A DNA stretch of 63,785 nt, filler included, from Sphacelaria rigidula (GCA_964200075.2; 6 parts of 6 records of this genome joined end to end with filler, not necessarily neighbours in it); one strand, 5' to 3'. Shown: positions 12,924 to 27,584, counted from the whole stretch's first letter. Program-made: numbers and translations. The notes: generated by a model not told the origin, from the sequence alone.

Positions 12924-15900
12924 GTGAGGCAACGAACGAACTAACTGGATGGCCCAACACTTTTTTTAGTATCAAAGTCGTATGCATCTTGTTCGGTACA
13001 GACAGTCAGTGCATGCATGGATCGCAGCGCCAAATATTGACACTTGTTACTACCTCTTTAGTCGACTCGGAGACGGGGTGTGTGGAGGGTCAGTAACTCG
13101 CTCTAACACAGATGCCATAATTTTCAACACGTGTACATCGTATTTTTTAGGAACAGTTTTTCTTGCTCCGCATTTCGCATCATCCCATCCTGTACTTTGT
13201 CATCGAAAGACTGGAGCCATGCTGCTTTGTACAGTACATTGTTGCCCGAAGTCGTTCCTGTACATGTTCATGCCTCGGCGTGCACAGACCGTTGGCGTTG
13301 TTTGCATTTTGCTTGCTTGATCTTGGACGTACCATCTGAGACCTTTTGTTTCACTGGTGTTGTCTGCTCTTCTTGATGACGGGGTCATGGCTACATTTTT
13401 GCCATCTCTAAATACCACGAGGGCTTTTACGAGCAGGGTCTCTTTCGACTGGATGTTCCCTTTTCCTCGAGGGTTTTTCTGTGTTTATAGCCCATGTATG
13501 TCAACCATCTCAAGTGCAGGCAGTAGGGTGTTTCTACGCAGTACCCTACTCTACATTACTTTGCTGCTATTTTTTTTGTAGGTGTGGCGGGGGGCATGGC
13601 GAAGCAGGTTTTATTGGGAGGGGGAACAGTTTACATTTTTGTGTAATATTCGTGTGGTGTGAGCGCTTCGGCTTCGGTAGTTTATTGCATGTTGACTCCG
13701 CAGTGATCGTTCGCTGATGACGGACTTGTTCTTTTGAGTTTCGAGACTTCGTGATCGAGTCGAAATTCATTTCAAGTTTCAAGCTTGAAAAAAAATGCCA
13801 CCGTTCTCCGTTGTACAGCTTCTGAATCTTTCATATTCGTGGATAGCAAGAACGAAACGAAACACCTCCGTAAGCATTTTTTTTCCGGTACTCTTAAATA
13901 GGTGTTTGGCTACTCACTTACAGGCTATACATACCCCACGCCCCAAAATTCTTCATTTCTTGTTCACGTGTCTCAACATACCATGGCGATACACGTCCTC
14001 CCAACACGATCCCCCTGTACGGTGCCGTTGCTCACTCGTACTCTACCGCACCGTGGCCCGAGTATCGAAGAGAGATGTAAGAATAAAGAGCAAGGAGTGA
14101 ATATTGCCGTGTATTGAAATATTTATTACTCCGTCTTTCCCGATTTATTCGTGGCGTGATTAGTCGGATAATGAGTAAGGGGAATGTGGGCCATGTCGTG
14201 GTGCAGGATTTTCCTGAGGTAATTGAAAAAGAGGGGAAATTGGCCCCTGTCTAGTGCCTTCCCCGGAGCGCGAAATGCGGAGCAAGATGCACATAAGGAG
14301 AACATGAACACTTATGGCGCATCGAATGTAGAAGATATACCTGTGGTGTGTGGTTGACGTTTTGTGTTGTGATATGCCATGTGTATCATTTGGATTTGTT
14401 ATTCCGCCCTTTCTCATCCCCTCGGATGGGGGTGGTCACCCATTTTCGTGTCGTCGCCGCTATCGCACCGCGTGCCCTGATGCTACCTGCCCACTTGTCC
14501 CCCTTTCTAGAACTTCCACATGCTACTGATTTCAAGTGTAGACTTTATCACCGACCGGATTTCTGAAAATCGCTCGAATAGAGCTAATTGATATGGTTTG
14601 TCCCGAAATCTCGAGCGTATTGTATACTCTATTACTGACATCTGCCTCTGTGACTATATGTGGTATTCATCTTGAATTAATTATTTGTTCAAAATAGCGA
14701 TTCTGGGGAGTGTTGTGATCGGAGACGGAGACTGGCTGGCCTTGGAGAAACAAACATGTGGTGGGGTTTATGTGTTTTTCATCATGTGCGGTGTTTTGCG
14801 GCAGGCATGACTGAAATGGTCACTGTTGTTCGATCTTTGAAGTTTCGGTAATTCGGGTATATACCCCATTCCCCAGGGCATAAACCCCTAGCGGACAAAT
14901 TGATGAAAAATGACCAAAAGTGGGGGTTCGTTATGGATGAAAAGGTAATCGGGTGTCAGTCTATGAACAACGACATCGTGTTGTGGTTTTCAGTCCGTTC
15001 CGTTTGTTGTGGCCCGTCGCGTCTGAAGTGAATGAGCCTTTACTAGACTATCATTCCATCTGCGGCCGCAGACAAAACAGAATTCCGTATTTTTGCGCAG
15101 AAGAACGGCCGCGAAAAAAACAGCCGGAAAACCGAAATATGTCGCAGATTAAAAAAAATTCAGCAGATTTCAAAGAGGAATGAGTGTAATTGGGATCGCC
15201 TGGCGCAGATTTTCAATAGGACAGTACAGACTTGCGATTTCCCCGGGCAAAAAATCTGGAGAGAGCCGAGTCAGACCTCCTTTCAGGGACCTACACGTTC
15301 GTTCCACTTTCTTGCTTCACGTTTCACGTCAGAAGTAAAGCCAGGCTAGAAATACGATGGGGGACGGGGACCACGCGGCGAGCTCTGTTCAAAAGTCAAG
15401 TCAAATCAAGGCTCCCCACGTGGTTCCCCACCGTATGACTAGCCTAGCTTAACTTTCGACGTACAAAATAAATAACATAGGGGCACAAACCCAAGAAAAA
15501 CACGCAGAAAATAAAAATAACACGCAGAAGAGCGAAAAAAACGCTGGAAATGAAAGCGCCGACAACGAGCAAATTAAAAAGCAGGTGAAGGTATAGTCTA
15601 GCTTTTATACCGCTTCTCGTGTAATGAATTTAAAATGCTCGAGACAAGGCCTATTTTGGATTTTCGGCGCCAACTATTTTCCGCGAGGGCGGTTTGGCGG
15701 ATGCGAGCCAACTCGACGTAACATGCTGTGCCTCCTCTTGAAAAGGATTCGTGTGCGCGCGTCTGATATTTCGTGCCCCCAGCGTGTCGACTAATTGCCG
15801 GACGAGCAATTTCTCATGTACAGTCCAATAAAAAAATTCGAGGTTCTCAATATATACCCGTACTCTAGTGGGAAAAAAGTCACAGACGGATAATAGCTTC

Positions 15901-16239
15901 GTTTAACTTCGTTTGCGTGGAGAAGATACTTTGGCTAGTTTTGTTCTTGTCTTGAATCTCAATGAGACCCCAAAAAACATGCGGGAAAAGGAACGAGCGT
16001 CCAAAAGCATCATGATCATGTTCATTGATCGCGGGGCGGGTCTATAGTTGCGGTTGCGAAGACTAGTCAACATGCTGCTTTCGAACGCTTGTTTTTTTTT
16101 TGCTTCCTTTTTGGTCTTGATAAGACACGACCTAGGTCTACCGTGTGACGACGGCGGGATCGCTCGGGGATCAGTTGAAGTGCAACAAACGATCAATCCA
16201 ATCAATCGACTGACCTCCAGAGGGTGAAGCGTATGTTGA

Positions 16240-16338
16240 CCCTTTGGCCGCGATGGTAGGCCACCTTCTGAATCGGCATAATTTCACTTGAAAGAGTACG
16301 CGTGATCTAGGTGGACTACCCGCATCGCGGTCCAAGGG
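16240..16338. mobile_element. piggyBac-like MITE (~100 bp)
   Basis: TTGA|CCCTTTGGCCGCGATG...CATCGCGGTCCAAGGG|TTAA: terminal inverted repeats beginning CCC, flanked by TTAA-like 4-mers. Confidence 0.7.
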
Positions 16339-19300
16339 TTAAGTAGGTCATGTGGAACTCTAATTTTTCATCGGACACTGAATATTTTCCATTGTAAAGA
16401 GAACGAATAGGGCTCAGCCGACCAACCTGCCCTGTCGATCGAATGATGGATGGATGAGCTCTCTGGACACGGAGGAGCTTGAAATATTTTTGCGTCAGGA
16501 GCAGCCGTTGACAGCAGTCAACGTCAATAGTACACGTAAAAGCATCCGCGTACGTTGACTGGGATGGTGGGCTTGACGATCGAACGGTCAACTCATTTCC
16601 TAGACCGCCACAGATCCAAACCACATGGCCCAATGAACCTCCTATACCAAATACTCCCGCATTTAGGTCGACCTTGTAAACGGAATTATTTACAATACAA
16701 ACCTAGGTTTCAGTAGCAAGAGTTTCGGGCGAAACGAGACGGGGCAGACTCAATACATGACCCCCCCTCCGCCATGGCGGTAAAAGTGTTGAACTTGACG
16801 TACGAAACATGAATAGCTGAGCTGGAATCCTGTCGGAGAGTGTAGCAAGTCTTTCCGAAACGGCAGTATCATGTCCAGCTCTCAAGCAGTCAAAAATGCG
16901 TGAGTTTCAAAAATATGGTCATCCTAACTTCCAACAAACCAGAGGCTACATCACCCCTGTCGGGGACGGTCTTGGCCGTGACTTCCAATATATATATTTA
17001 GCCGTAACGATGTCCGGGTGCTGAACGTTGTTGTGCATTTGAGGGAGTATAAAAGTATGACCTTGCAAAAGATCTCCCTTCACGACGGGAATGACGGTAA
17101 GCATACTTGCATCTTGGGCTGCTCCTTGTGGATACAATGAAAGAAAATCTCTCGGAAAAAAGGCGTACTCGATTTTGGCGCTTCGGAACCGCTTTTATTT
17201 CTGTAAAAAGGTCACGGTAGGAAAGGGGGCCACCTTGAAAAACACTTGATATCCTCCGCGACAGGATTCCAGTTCACTTTGTCGGGGTTTCGTACACCTA
17301 GTTCGACTGGTGGCCTGTTGCGTGCTCATCGCATCGCCCCCCGAGTGTTCAACTTGAAACACGACGTGGAGAAATATTCCGAGTTCTCCCCCTACAAAGC
17401 AGTTACAAAACTCGCAGTTTCACTTGTATTCATGGGATTCCTTTGAAAAGTTGCTTATCTGGGGTCAAAGTCAAACTGGGTGCATGGAGAAATCGGCAAT
17501 ATGAACTGGGATCCTTTCGAACAGTAAGAGGAACTACAATACACTACATGACAACGTAAGGCATTTTTCGACTTGTTTTATTTTTCACGCCCATCAGAAG
17601 CGGTCTTACGCCACTTTCTTGTTGAAAACACTGAAAGAAGGAAAATGCTTGTTATAGGTTGGCGCTGATTCTTTCCCGGAAAGGAGGCATGGCGGATCCA
17701 TGTAGTCAGTCGCCTTGGGAAAACATGCTGTACTTTTCGTACTCCCCTAGAGAGGATTCATGCGCGCTTGGTTGATGTTCCGCAGGTCCAGTTCGACTTT
17801 TAGCCGGGCCAGTAATTTCTCACGCGGAGGCCAAAAATCCTCCCGAGTTCGTCCCTCGACAAAAAAAAAATCGAGATGAGTTTTCTCTGAAAAATTATGA
17901 CATCTCTCAACGAAACAGTGTCAATAATCATCGGTCTAACCACTTCGCCGCCAGGGTGGGCGATCTCGGCCTCATATTCATTTTCCATGTGAAAACGATG
18001 CCTATTCAACGTATGACTATCCCTGGCAGTAAATGGGTTGAATATCTCATGTCGGCGACCCAAACCTACTATCGACAACAACAGATGTGGTTTTTGGTAC
18101 TCGTATGGACGGGTCGCCCAGATTTTTGTAGGGTTCACACAGTCTCGATGCCTCTCGCCCGGCGTGCGCAGCAGCATGAATTTCGGCTCACGGGCCCCAA
18201 TGTAGCCCAAACCGGTCCACCCTTTGCTAGGGGCACCATGTAAAATAACTCTGGGAGTTTCTTGATCTGCCTAGTTTCACGGTCAGGGCTGCGGTTAGCG
18301 TCGGCGCTGGCGCTATGGTTTGACGAAAAAAACGAAGTTTCTTGAACCATGGATTCTCGTCTCTGGGTTTGCCTGGTTAACCCGCCCTGTACGTTTACCC
18401 GAATTGACTGCTCCGCGATCAAGAGAACGGTGAAACTTAGCTCATGAAAGATACGGAGAAAGTGCGCCGAAATCCTCCTCTCAAAGCCTACAAAAATCTC
18501 GAAGGAAGTCGTCCCAATATGGCAATATCTTTTGACGCGAGCTTCCTCGTTTGTCGAACCGCCTACATAGGCGATGTCTCAGTGACATGTTTTTTTTTTT
18601 TAGGTTCGAAAAGAAGCAATATATTATCGTTGGCCTGGTAGGGAGAGTTGAGCCGTGATCGAGGCCGTGTGTTGAACCTTTGACCGCTAGAGTGGGTTGA
18701 TATGTTGAGTGGGCATCATTTTCACTTGGTTGAAATACGAATTTGAGACCCAGACGATCCAGCTTTTGGTGTTTCAAGGCTTGACGGAACGAAAAATTGA
18801 GAAGTCCCTCCCCCTGAAAAAACTGAAGGGAAAATACGTCGTACAGCATGAAAATTAACCGCTAGACGTGCGGGTAGTCCGTCTAGATCACCCATACTTT
18901 TTCCAAGTGAATATTGATGCCGATTCAACAGGTGACCTACCCTCGCGGTCAAGGGGTTGGTGGCCGCATTGCCACCCAACCCCCGTCCGCTGTGAAGAAT
19001 AAATATGTGCTTCGAGGCTGCCATTTTGTTGCTCGCTAGCTTGCCACGCTCCCTTCTATTAGTGGATTTTTTTCAAGAATTGATCAATGAAGGAGCCGGG
19101 TTTGTTCGTTCCCGACACCTGCCTCGTTTCGCTCAAAGGTACCATAAACATGAGACAGCGATGCGATTCGCCCTTGGTGTGGTTGCTTCCTGTCATTCAC
19201 CACACAATCATCATTCGGGGCAGGCATCAGGCACGCAGTCACACATCAACTTCGCAGTCTTCTGTCCCGGGATAGACAACGCGTAGCTCGAGCCGTAGGT

Positions 19301-19869
19301 GGTTGATCGAATGAGCGCGACCTTTCTGGTTCGGGGAAAATCTGTTCGAATTGCACGTTTGACACCACGATATTTTGTGGAAGACGGGTGTAAATATAAA
19401 GTACACAACACACGCACGGTCAATAAGTGCATCATGACCAACACTGTCTGGCGCTAATACGGACACCCCTCCCCCAATACTATAACCATTGCTGAAAAAA
19501 GCGCCGTGAAGCAAACGCCGCAGTGTGTAGAGGAGCGAGAGCCAGGGCTCGACCTCAGACGGTGCTGGGGGTGTCTTGTGTGGGTTTGTTACGACTGGCC
19601 TGTGTGTGTGTATCATGTTTTGAGGAACGGTCCTTTCGAGGTTCCCGTTGAGATTTCAAGACCGTGTCGGACTGCGTCCACTGTCGAAATGAAAGACATG
19701 CCGCTCTCCATGAATAAAAATTTGACCGCCAGCTTGTGTCATCTGGTGAATCGATATCAATTTTACTTGAGAAATCACCTCGTGAATCGCTTGACTTACT
19801 CTTGCTAAGCCGGTCGCCCCGGTGGCTCAGTCGGTAGCTTCGAAAGCTTCTCACAGTTGAGTCGTCGGT

Positions 19870-20111
19870 GCGAATCTCGGAGCGATCTGGGATTCTTTCT
19901 CATACCATGCCGAACAGGGGAGACGCGGGTACACAAAATTCGACTTTTGGGCGACGAGGAAAATAAAAAGACAAGCACCGCAGGAGAAAAGTAGATAATT
20001 AAAAAGAAACAACAACAACAACAACAACAACAACAAAAACTCCTGTGTTGGCCTCCCTCCTGTGTGACCCCGGCTGGAGCGCGCACATATACCGAAACGT
20101 CTAGATGGGAC

Positions 20112-20168
<57 letters not shown>
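19870..20168. repeat. Dispersed SINE/LINE-tail-like repeat with (CA)n end (family B)
   Basis: Core AACTCCTGTGTTGGCCTCCCTCCTGTGTGACCCCGGCTG recurs at 53340-53490 (same strand) and 46290-46520 (opposite strand). Confidence 0.75.
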
Positions 20169-20173
<5 letters not shown>

Positions 20174-20195
20174 TTCGAGAGGTTGTGACACGACC

Positions 20196-20810
20196 TTAAC
20201 TCTTTGACCGCGAGGGTAGGTCACGCGAATCGGCATCAGTTTCACTGGGAAAAACATCCGTAATCCATATGGTCTACCCGCATCGCGTTCTTAGGGCTGA
20301 CCCTTTGACCGCAAGGGTAGGTATGCGTGATTCTATTGGACTACCCGCACCGCGGTCCAAGCGTTAACATTTTGACCGCGAGGGTAGATCGTCCGGCCAT
20401 GCGCTAATTTTTCAAGCAGAATTGATGCCGATTCAACACATGATCTACTGTCGCCGTCAAAGGGTCAAGATACTCCTTTTTTCCCGCGGTGCTCATTCTG
20501 CATGCGGAGCAGGCTTGGGGTGTACTCATATTCGTGCAGACCGTAATCATGAGACCATTGACCTCATCGAGCAGATTTTGCGGGTATGTTTTCGATTCCT
20601 TGATCGCCAGGGGCGGCGATGGCTCACTCGTTGAATCAGTATCCTTCACTTGAAAAAGGGGACCAACACCCAGGTCACCCACTCTGGCGGTCGAATAGCC
20701 ACACCCCTTGACCACCAGGGTGGTTCATTCGGGTCTGAGAGTCATTTTCTTCGGTTAAAATGATGCCGGTGCAACAGGTGGCTCGCCATCCCTGGTGGTC
20801 AAAGGGTGAA
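20196..20810. mobile_element. Cluster of piggyBac-like MITEs, three of them head-to-tail
   Basis: Copies at ~20200-20296, 20301-20363 and 20368-20464 separated by single TTAA/CTGA/TTAA/TCAA junctions. Related copies at ~20598-20700 and 20704-20806; others at ~17937-18041 and 18676-18957. Confidence 0.68.
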
Positions 20811-23800
20811 ATTATGATTTTGTAGAGCTCGCCCTCTCTCTTACTTTCCCCCCTCTTGCACGACAGGAAAATGGCGGCATTTCATTTTTGTTTCTGCGTC
20901 GAAAGATGGAGCATTTCCTTCATCTACTAGAAGGCTGACTGACCCCTGAGTGTGTGTGCGTGTGTATCTGCACGTGTATACATGTTTTTCTTGTCGGGTA
21001 AAATCCCAGCTTGTGAAGTGCAGTGGAATATGACTGCTCATCAATGACAACGGATGATGCGGTGTTGCGCTCGTAACGCCTCCCTCAACACATGTTTTAC
21101 ATACTTCGTATAGATATATATCTAGAGAGAGAGAGAGAGGGGGGGGGGGGGGGGGATTAATTTTTTGGTGGCGTTGGTCTTTTGGTGGGGGGGGGGGNNN
21201 NNNNNNNNNNNNNNNNNNNNNNNNNNNNNNNNNNNNNNNNNTTAATTAATTAANNNNNNNNNNNNNNNNNNNNNNNNNNNNNNNNNNNNNNNNNNNNTTG
21301 GATGAGATAAGGGGCTCCTAACAATTCTAACCTCAGAAATTATTTATGTACCCCTACCGTAGCATCACTCGTATCGTCCCCGAAGGCGGTGAACGTACTC
21401 AGGATCGACTCAGGATTGTGGGTGCAAATAGTGCTGTGTTGGTCGGCTCAGCGAAAACGTTGTTTTTTGGGCGGTTATTCAAAACGCCTCGAGAACCACG
21501 AAAAAATCGCTAAAACCAAATCTGTGGGAAGGTGGTCAACTGGTGGATTCGTGTCCTTCGCGACGACTACCCTCCGCTTACCGTAGGTGTTCGTGGGTCT
21601 ATGTTAAGGGTGCTGCAAAGATATCGGGCTCCTTTCCAGAAGATCACATAAACGACAAAAATAAACGTCCAGGAAAAGTCGCAGAAGAGCACATGATATT
21701 CCAGTTTTCCTCAAATCGAGCTCCTACAGCGGACCAAAGGAAGTATAACTCTGTGATAACACGACAAAAACGACTGCACCCCGCACAACGTTGTCGGTCG
21801 GCATCGTGATGATTTCCCGACATGCCACCCATAAGTGTGATGCAAGAAGCCATGACCTCTCACGAAATGGCAATGTAGCCATGTGTAGTACTGCTTGTGC
21901 GTTGCAGACTACGAGTCGTTCACACCGTCCTACAGCTAAGGCTGGCAAGAGTGAGGAACTGTACCCGAGGGCAACGTGTGCCCGTTGAGCATTTAAATAT
22001 TTACGCAACATTATGAGAAGAACGCTGATACCATGGCGGCGTCAGGGAGGTCTTCAGATTCCCATGCCAAGCTTTTCTACTTCGTGTGAATGGTTCTTTG
22101 TGATGCGTACGACAGTTTTGATGGATGATGAATTCCCACTTTGCTTGTTGGGGCGTGTTGACTTTGGACTGGACGGGACTATGGCGGTGAAGGTGGGCGT
22201 GGTCTTTCATTCCGCTATGGGCCCTGAAGAGTAAAGCGGTCCAAATGGCACTCTGAAAAAATCGCTCTACAAAACCTTCATTGCGGAAAGAGCACGGTTA
22301 CCGGCTATTTTTCCTTCCACTCTGACTTTATTATTCATTTTCTCCATTTAGCGATGGTGCCGTGTCACCAGGTTGGTCTGCATTTCACAGCGATATGCTC
22401 AAGTGGCGCTGATTCAGAAAATTTGAGAAGTGGTGGTGCGGAAAGCGAATGCATGATTTACTCCTAGCCCACCTTGTGCAAGTTCCATCAAGTGGAGTGT
22501 GGAAATGGTTATTTCAGTCTTATCATGTCCGATATCTGCGGTACATTCGTAATAAGCAACCACCAATCGGATGGTACATGATCAAGCGGCGCAGCCGCGT
22601 ACCAGAAAGCCCCCCCCCTCGGCAGAGGGGCCCCTGTCGGAGGTGCCGTGCCGGAGGCACGTTCTTCCGCGATTTGGCTCGTTAGCTTGAATTTGTTCAT
22701 TCCAAGTGTGCTTTTCTGACTCCCATCACTAGCGTGTGCCAACAGCTACACGTCGATATTCTACTGTACTCGGGGATATCAAGGGTCTCAGTGGCTACCT
22801 ACTACAGAAAGCATATCGTGCCTTCTGGAGAGACTTCGGAACTGCCGTTCTTTCTCAATCGTATCCTCTACTCTCAATCCTACGAAAACATTATTCCACG
22901 TGCTCCTGTGAAAACTTGTATCATTCAGCAGCATGCACGACGATCCATACGACGTGGCACCGCTTGGCAAGACAATTTTTCATCGAAAATATTCTTGCTA
23001 TAGCGGTGCCCCACTAGCCAACACGCGACGTCCTTGAAAGACAGAGCAAGACTATAAACGATGTGACTCTTCCCGCTCAATAGCCGCAGCACTGGATGCT
23101 ATACGTTTTACCCAAGAGTTCTCGCCTATTCGAACGTGCTTCATGAACTCAGCCGGGGCCCAGTCAAAAACACAAAAAGAGGAACGGGACGGCCCCAACT
23201 CTCGAACACTGTTGTTTCATTCGCAAGAATCTAATCACTCGTGTATCGCGAAAAATGTGTCATCCATCATCGATGACTCTTCTTCCCCTCTCTGCTACAG
23301 ACATTTGACGATTAAATCGCACCAATCGCTGCTCCCTTGACTGGAATCCATTCATGACACCATCACCCATTCCTTCTCAGCTGCCTCTACACAACGCCTG
23401 CCCCGACAACTGAATCCGCACCCCGCGTATATATCTCTACATCAGCCCGAGCTATTCAGTTCTATTTCGCACAACACCATTCCCCCGTGCTATTTATTCA
23501 GTGTAACAGCTGTGATCTAGCACCCTGACCAGTGAAACACCCGCGCGCACACACACACAACACAGACAAATCACCACCACCCCACAACGGTTCCCCCATC
23601 ACCAAGAGGAGGCAGCTCAACCTCTCGATTGGGCTCCCTCCTCCCTCGTGGACAAAGTTTGAAATCATTCTATATTTTGACAAAGGGGAACAATTCTTCC
23701 AGTAAGAAAATCCCGACAGGACCGTACACTTCTCGGCAACGACATACCCCCACCCCTCCCCAGACTGACAACGAATCCGTGGTCCTCAAAGTGCTGCATT

Positions 23801-25174
23801 CGGTGCGTATCGACTTTACTTTGTTCCCTCACTTTCATTAATCGACTCGACACTTGCGACAGCGAAGTTCATACAAGGATATCGCTGGTGACCCAATACT
23901 CGTTCGTGATTCGCAGTGGGGCATCCTGAGATTGAGGTTTTCTTCACAATACACCCAACACTGACGTGAGTGTATGGACAGATAGAATGCAACATTCGCT
24001 ACAGAAATACCGTATAGTACACTATTAGAACCAACACTCACTCCCCACCAGAGTAAAACGACAGTACATGCCATGTGGCCGTTGTGCTCACGTTGTCAAC
24101 AGTTAGACACAGCAGAAATAAACAAAAAACCAAGTGTTGGGACACTTCTAAAGGCTATTGGCACACGTACGTCACATCTCTCGTCCTCGTGTGAAAGACT
24201 TCTGTACCGCTCACATACGATAAAAATACAATGACAGAAAAATCCCCTATAATTTGACCAGAGTAAAAAAGCACACGAATTTCACCCTCCTGTCCTATAA
24301 CCCCCGTGTCGCACGCACGAAATACGTTCCTCGCGTCCGAGAATGGGCTTGGCGTCTGTTCGGAAAGACAGAACGCGAAAGAGCACAACAAGATAGACGG
24401 GGCACGAATAGTGCACGTGTGAAGCTCCGAGTACAACCAAATGCGATGAGCGCGCAAAAGCATATATATGGCAGTGTCATGGGCACCATGATCGACAACA
24501 TCGCACGGGAGCCACATCTAAAACGGCAGATGCACTTCTTCACTTCGCAAGAATCCCAAACACGCACGGATGGCAGAAATTATGTTCCGCGTGCCGCAAA
24601 ATATCACTGCCTGGACAAGAGTACAGTAGCTGCAATAGGCAAAACGTATACTGCGTAAGTTATGGGCCTATTGCAACTATCGTCGGGCATTCAACCGTTT
24701 ACTGTCCAGGGTGTTGGAAGATACGTTTACTCCAGCTTACTGGCAACAAATGTGCGGGTGGGCAAATGCGCCCGTGTGAAAATCAAGAATTCTCAGACAT
24801 GCAACGGTAGGGGTCAATCATTCGGCCCAGATATCCCTCATTGGAGACTTCCCGGAGCTACCTGGTACACGAGAATGAGTCAAGACAATTTCGGACCCAA
24901 CTGTTTCTCGTTGTCGGGCTCCTGAAGCTACTCGTGGCATGCTCACATACTGTAGGAGCCGCTTTTTGGGCATATCCCGACAATTCGAGAAGAATCTTTT
25001 GTGCAACACTACCGTGGCATGACTCAGAAACAGCATATTTTATTTTGCTCCTGTGCAAAACTGCGGGAATGCACCCATTACCGAAAGGGTGGTGGGACGT
25101 ACGAATTCATGACTACACATCCGCAGAATCGACGTACATTTTCAAAATTGTCTCCCACCAGCACACTTGCTCTC

Positions 25175-25239
25175 CTAGAGGGTCACCATCGCGTCGTAGT
25201 ACTCTCCCGTAACTGTCTTGACCTCGACAAACTGCTCGC
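25175..25239 (-). CDS. Expansin-like protein exon 4 (terminal)
   Basis: Not in the ORF track. CAG acceptor, phase 1, encodes (G)EQFVEVKTVTGEYYDAMVTL-stop. The four exons total 630 nt = 209 aa plus stop. Confidence 0.85.
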
Positions 25240-26176
25240 CTGTTGAGTCGATACACAAACATGGGAAACGGTGTTTCATGTCATTCCTCTAAATACCCAC
25301 GCACATGCTGTGTACCCACTTGTTCAATATTTGAATACAAGAATTTCTTCCAAGGGTGAGACCTAGACCTGGCGACCACCCCCCCTCCCCCCATGAAAAA
25401 AAAAAGCTGAATAGGCCGACGCGTGATTTTCGAGTGAAATTGAAATAATCCTGTAAACTGCTCTTTTTTTCGAACAATAAGGCTGAAGAGATCGAAATTT
25501 CAATATTTAGAAAAAACGCGAATTGACTCACTCATTGACGGTACACCCTCTCGACAGTGATATGTGGCCTCACTCATCCTCAAGAAATCCACCCGCAATA
25601 TGCTTGAGATCCCATTTTCCAATCGAACAGTATCGAATCCGTTCATGTCCGTACCAAACACTACTTTTCCTATTTCTCAAACCCTGTTTATTGTAGTGTG
25701 TAGTACAAAGGATTTATCGCGGGCAAGAGCCAAGTCTCCTGCCTTTGGACAACCAAGCATCGACAACAATTGCAACAGCACGTCCGCGATGAACGCAAGT
25801 CGTGGAAGCCAAATCCTGGCGTATGGAAGAAAAACACATGGGAATAATAACGTCGACAAGCAAACGAGCGGACCTACTTTGCCCAGCTGTCGACCATTTT
25901 TCATCTTTCGCAAGCCGATATCAGTACACTGGACAAATGGCAAGCAACCAGGCAAAACAGTACCATGGTATCTTGCTGGTCGTCTGATCGTGATCAGCAC
26001 GAATGGCCATATAGGGCGGCGCGTGTGTGGTTGCGCCCCCTCCGTGAGGACTTGGCAGGTAACCTCCGCTGCTCCATGTCCCATACCCCTCTCACCCCAC
26101 AATAAACTAAAGTTTGTCGGTCGCAACACTGAAAAGCACGACCGGCCAAAAATATATACATTTATTTTTGCCTCAC

Positions 26177-26408
26177 CGTAGAACGGAGTTCCCTCTTCCA
26201 TGAGAAAGAAGTTGTCGTCGGTCTTCCTGGCGTACTTCCGGTTCACGAACAGTTCGTCCACGGGACCCCTGCAGCCGGTCGCCTGGATTTTCCAGTACCA
26301 GGGGTTACTGCCCTCGAACGTGAAGTCAGGCTTACCGCCTCTCTCGCAGGGCACGAATTGCCACTCGATCTCCCAACGGCCATCCCCGCTGGTTCCCCAG
26401 TCGAGGTC
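26177..26408 (-). CDS. Expansin-like protein exon 3 (end of DPBB, start of CBM63-like domain 2)
   Basis: CAG acceptor, 232 nt, encodes DLDWGTSGDGRWEIEWQFVPC...FEGSNPWYWKIQ...RKTDDNFF...PFY(G). GTGAG donor, phase 1. Confidence 0.92.
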
Positions 26409-27584
26409 CTGCGATTTTGTGTGATATTAATAAGTGATTACACAAGGTGTCGCATACCCGAGTGAGCCAGATTGTTTCTGTGTGAAACCTCGGCATCAGT
26501 TGAAAACTATGACAGCGAGACATGAACGCCTCATCACCTCGACTTGGCGATACAGTGCCAGCAGTGCTTGCTCTCGCGGCGGCGAGCGGAGATCAGAAAA
26601 AAAAGCAGAATCGTCGTCCTTGGTGAACGTACGACTGCATCAATCTAATTCAAGATGAACCGATGGAAGATAAAAACAATCATACATTCGGTCAGCATCA
26701 GCCTAACGTACAACTCGGCCGCACAATTTGCACGGGGCCGCATTGCTCGCTGCGGACCGCTCATTATACAAAGATTGAGTGTTAGACGGCCCTGCATGGC
26801 TAGAGCAGATAATACTCTGTACAAGAACACTTCGCACACTACACTATGGTTTAGTAAATTCCAGAGCAACTTCTCCCATACATAAGTATGCAGACCGTGT
26901 TACAGTAATACTGCGCGCATGTCCATCACGTGTCAAAGGCGAGTTGACGAGATTCACGTTGATACATCACAACACACTACAAAAGTACCTCGAACCGTCA
27001 TCGAGGGAAGGTGCATGTATCAAGCAGCTGCAGATGATCCCGTTGATCATACAGCGTGGGGACCGAAAGTGCATCACGAATATCTCGAGGGGATCATGCA
27101 GATTACCGGAAACATGAAAACTGCTTTCTGACCTACTTGCTCGTGTACCAAACTCAACATGTTCATGAGGTATATTAGCACACTTGCTGCGCAGAATTAC
27201 AGTAACGGATAGCTGGCATGTGCAGGCGTCAGTCGGCCTTTTATCTTGATGAGGTCATACTCGTACATGAGGGCCGCCTCCCCGTCCAACTGTTGATGGG
27301 GCCCTCGAGAACATACCACAGGCACCAGAATCAGCATCATAGAGCACATATATCTCGATGGGCGCATTATCATCCTGACCACACACAAAGTTGGCGCGGT
27401 CGGTAACGTGATGATACAGTAGCTGTTCATATAATCCAAGTACAGTGGCATGTTCGTGGTGCCCTTCGCAATGATTCTTCGACACGCTGTTTGCAGCAGG
27501 GGGCGGTAATCTGAAAAGTACAGTGATGCGCAGTACGCAGGTACTTCGTGCTTTGACGGAAAAACCTTCGAAGGCGAGACTCAC

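Noticed and set aside
25564-26181. 205-aa plus ORF and the long extension of ORF 25677-26354
   Set aside because: Lies in expansin intron 3; the true exon ends at the GTGAG donor at 26176 and splices in phase to exon 4.
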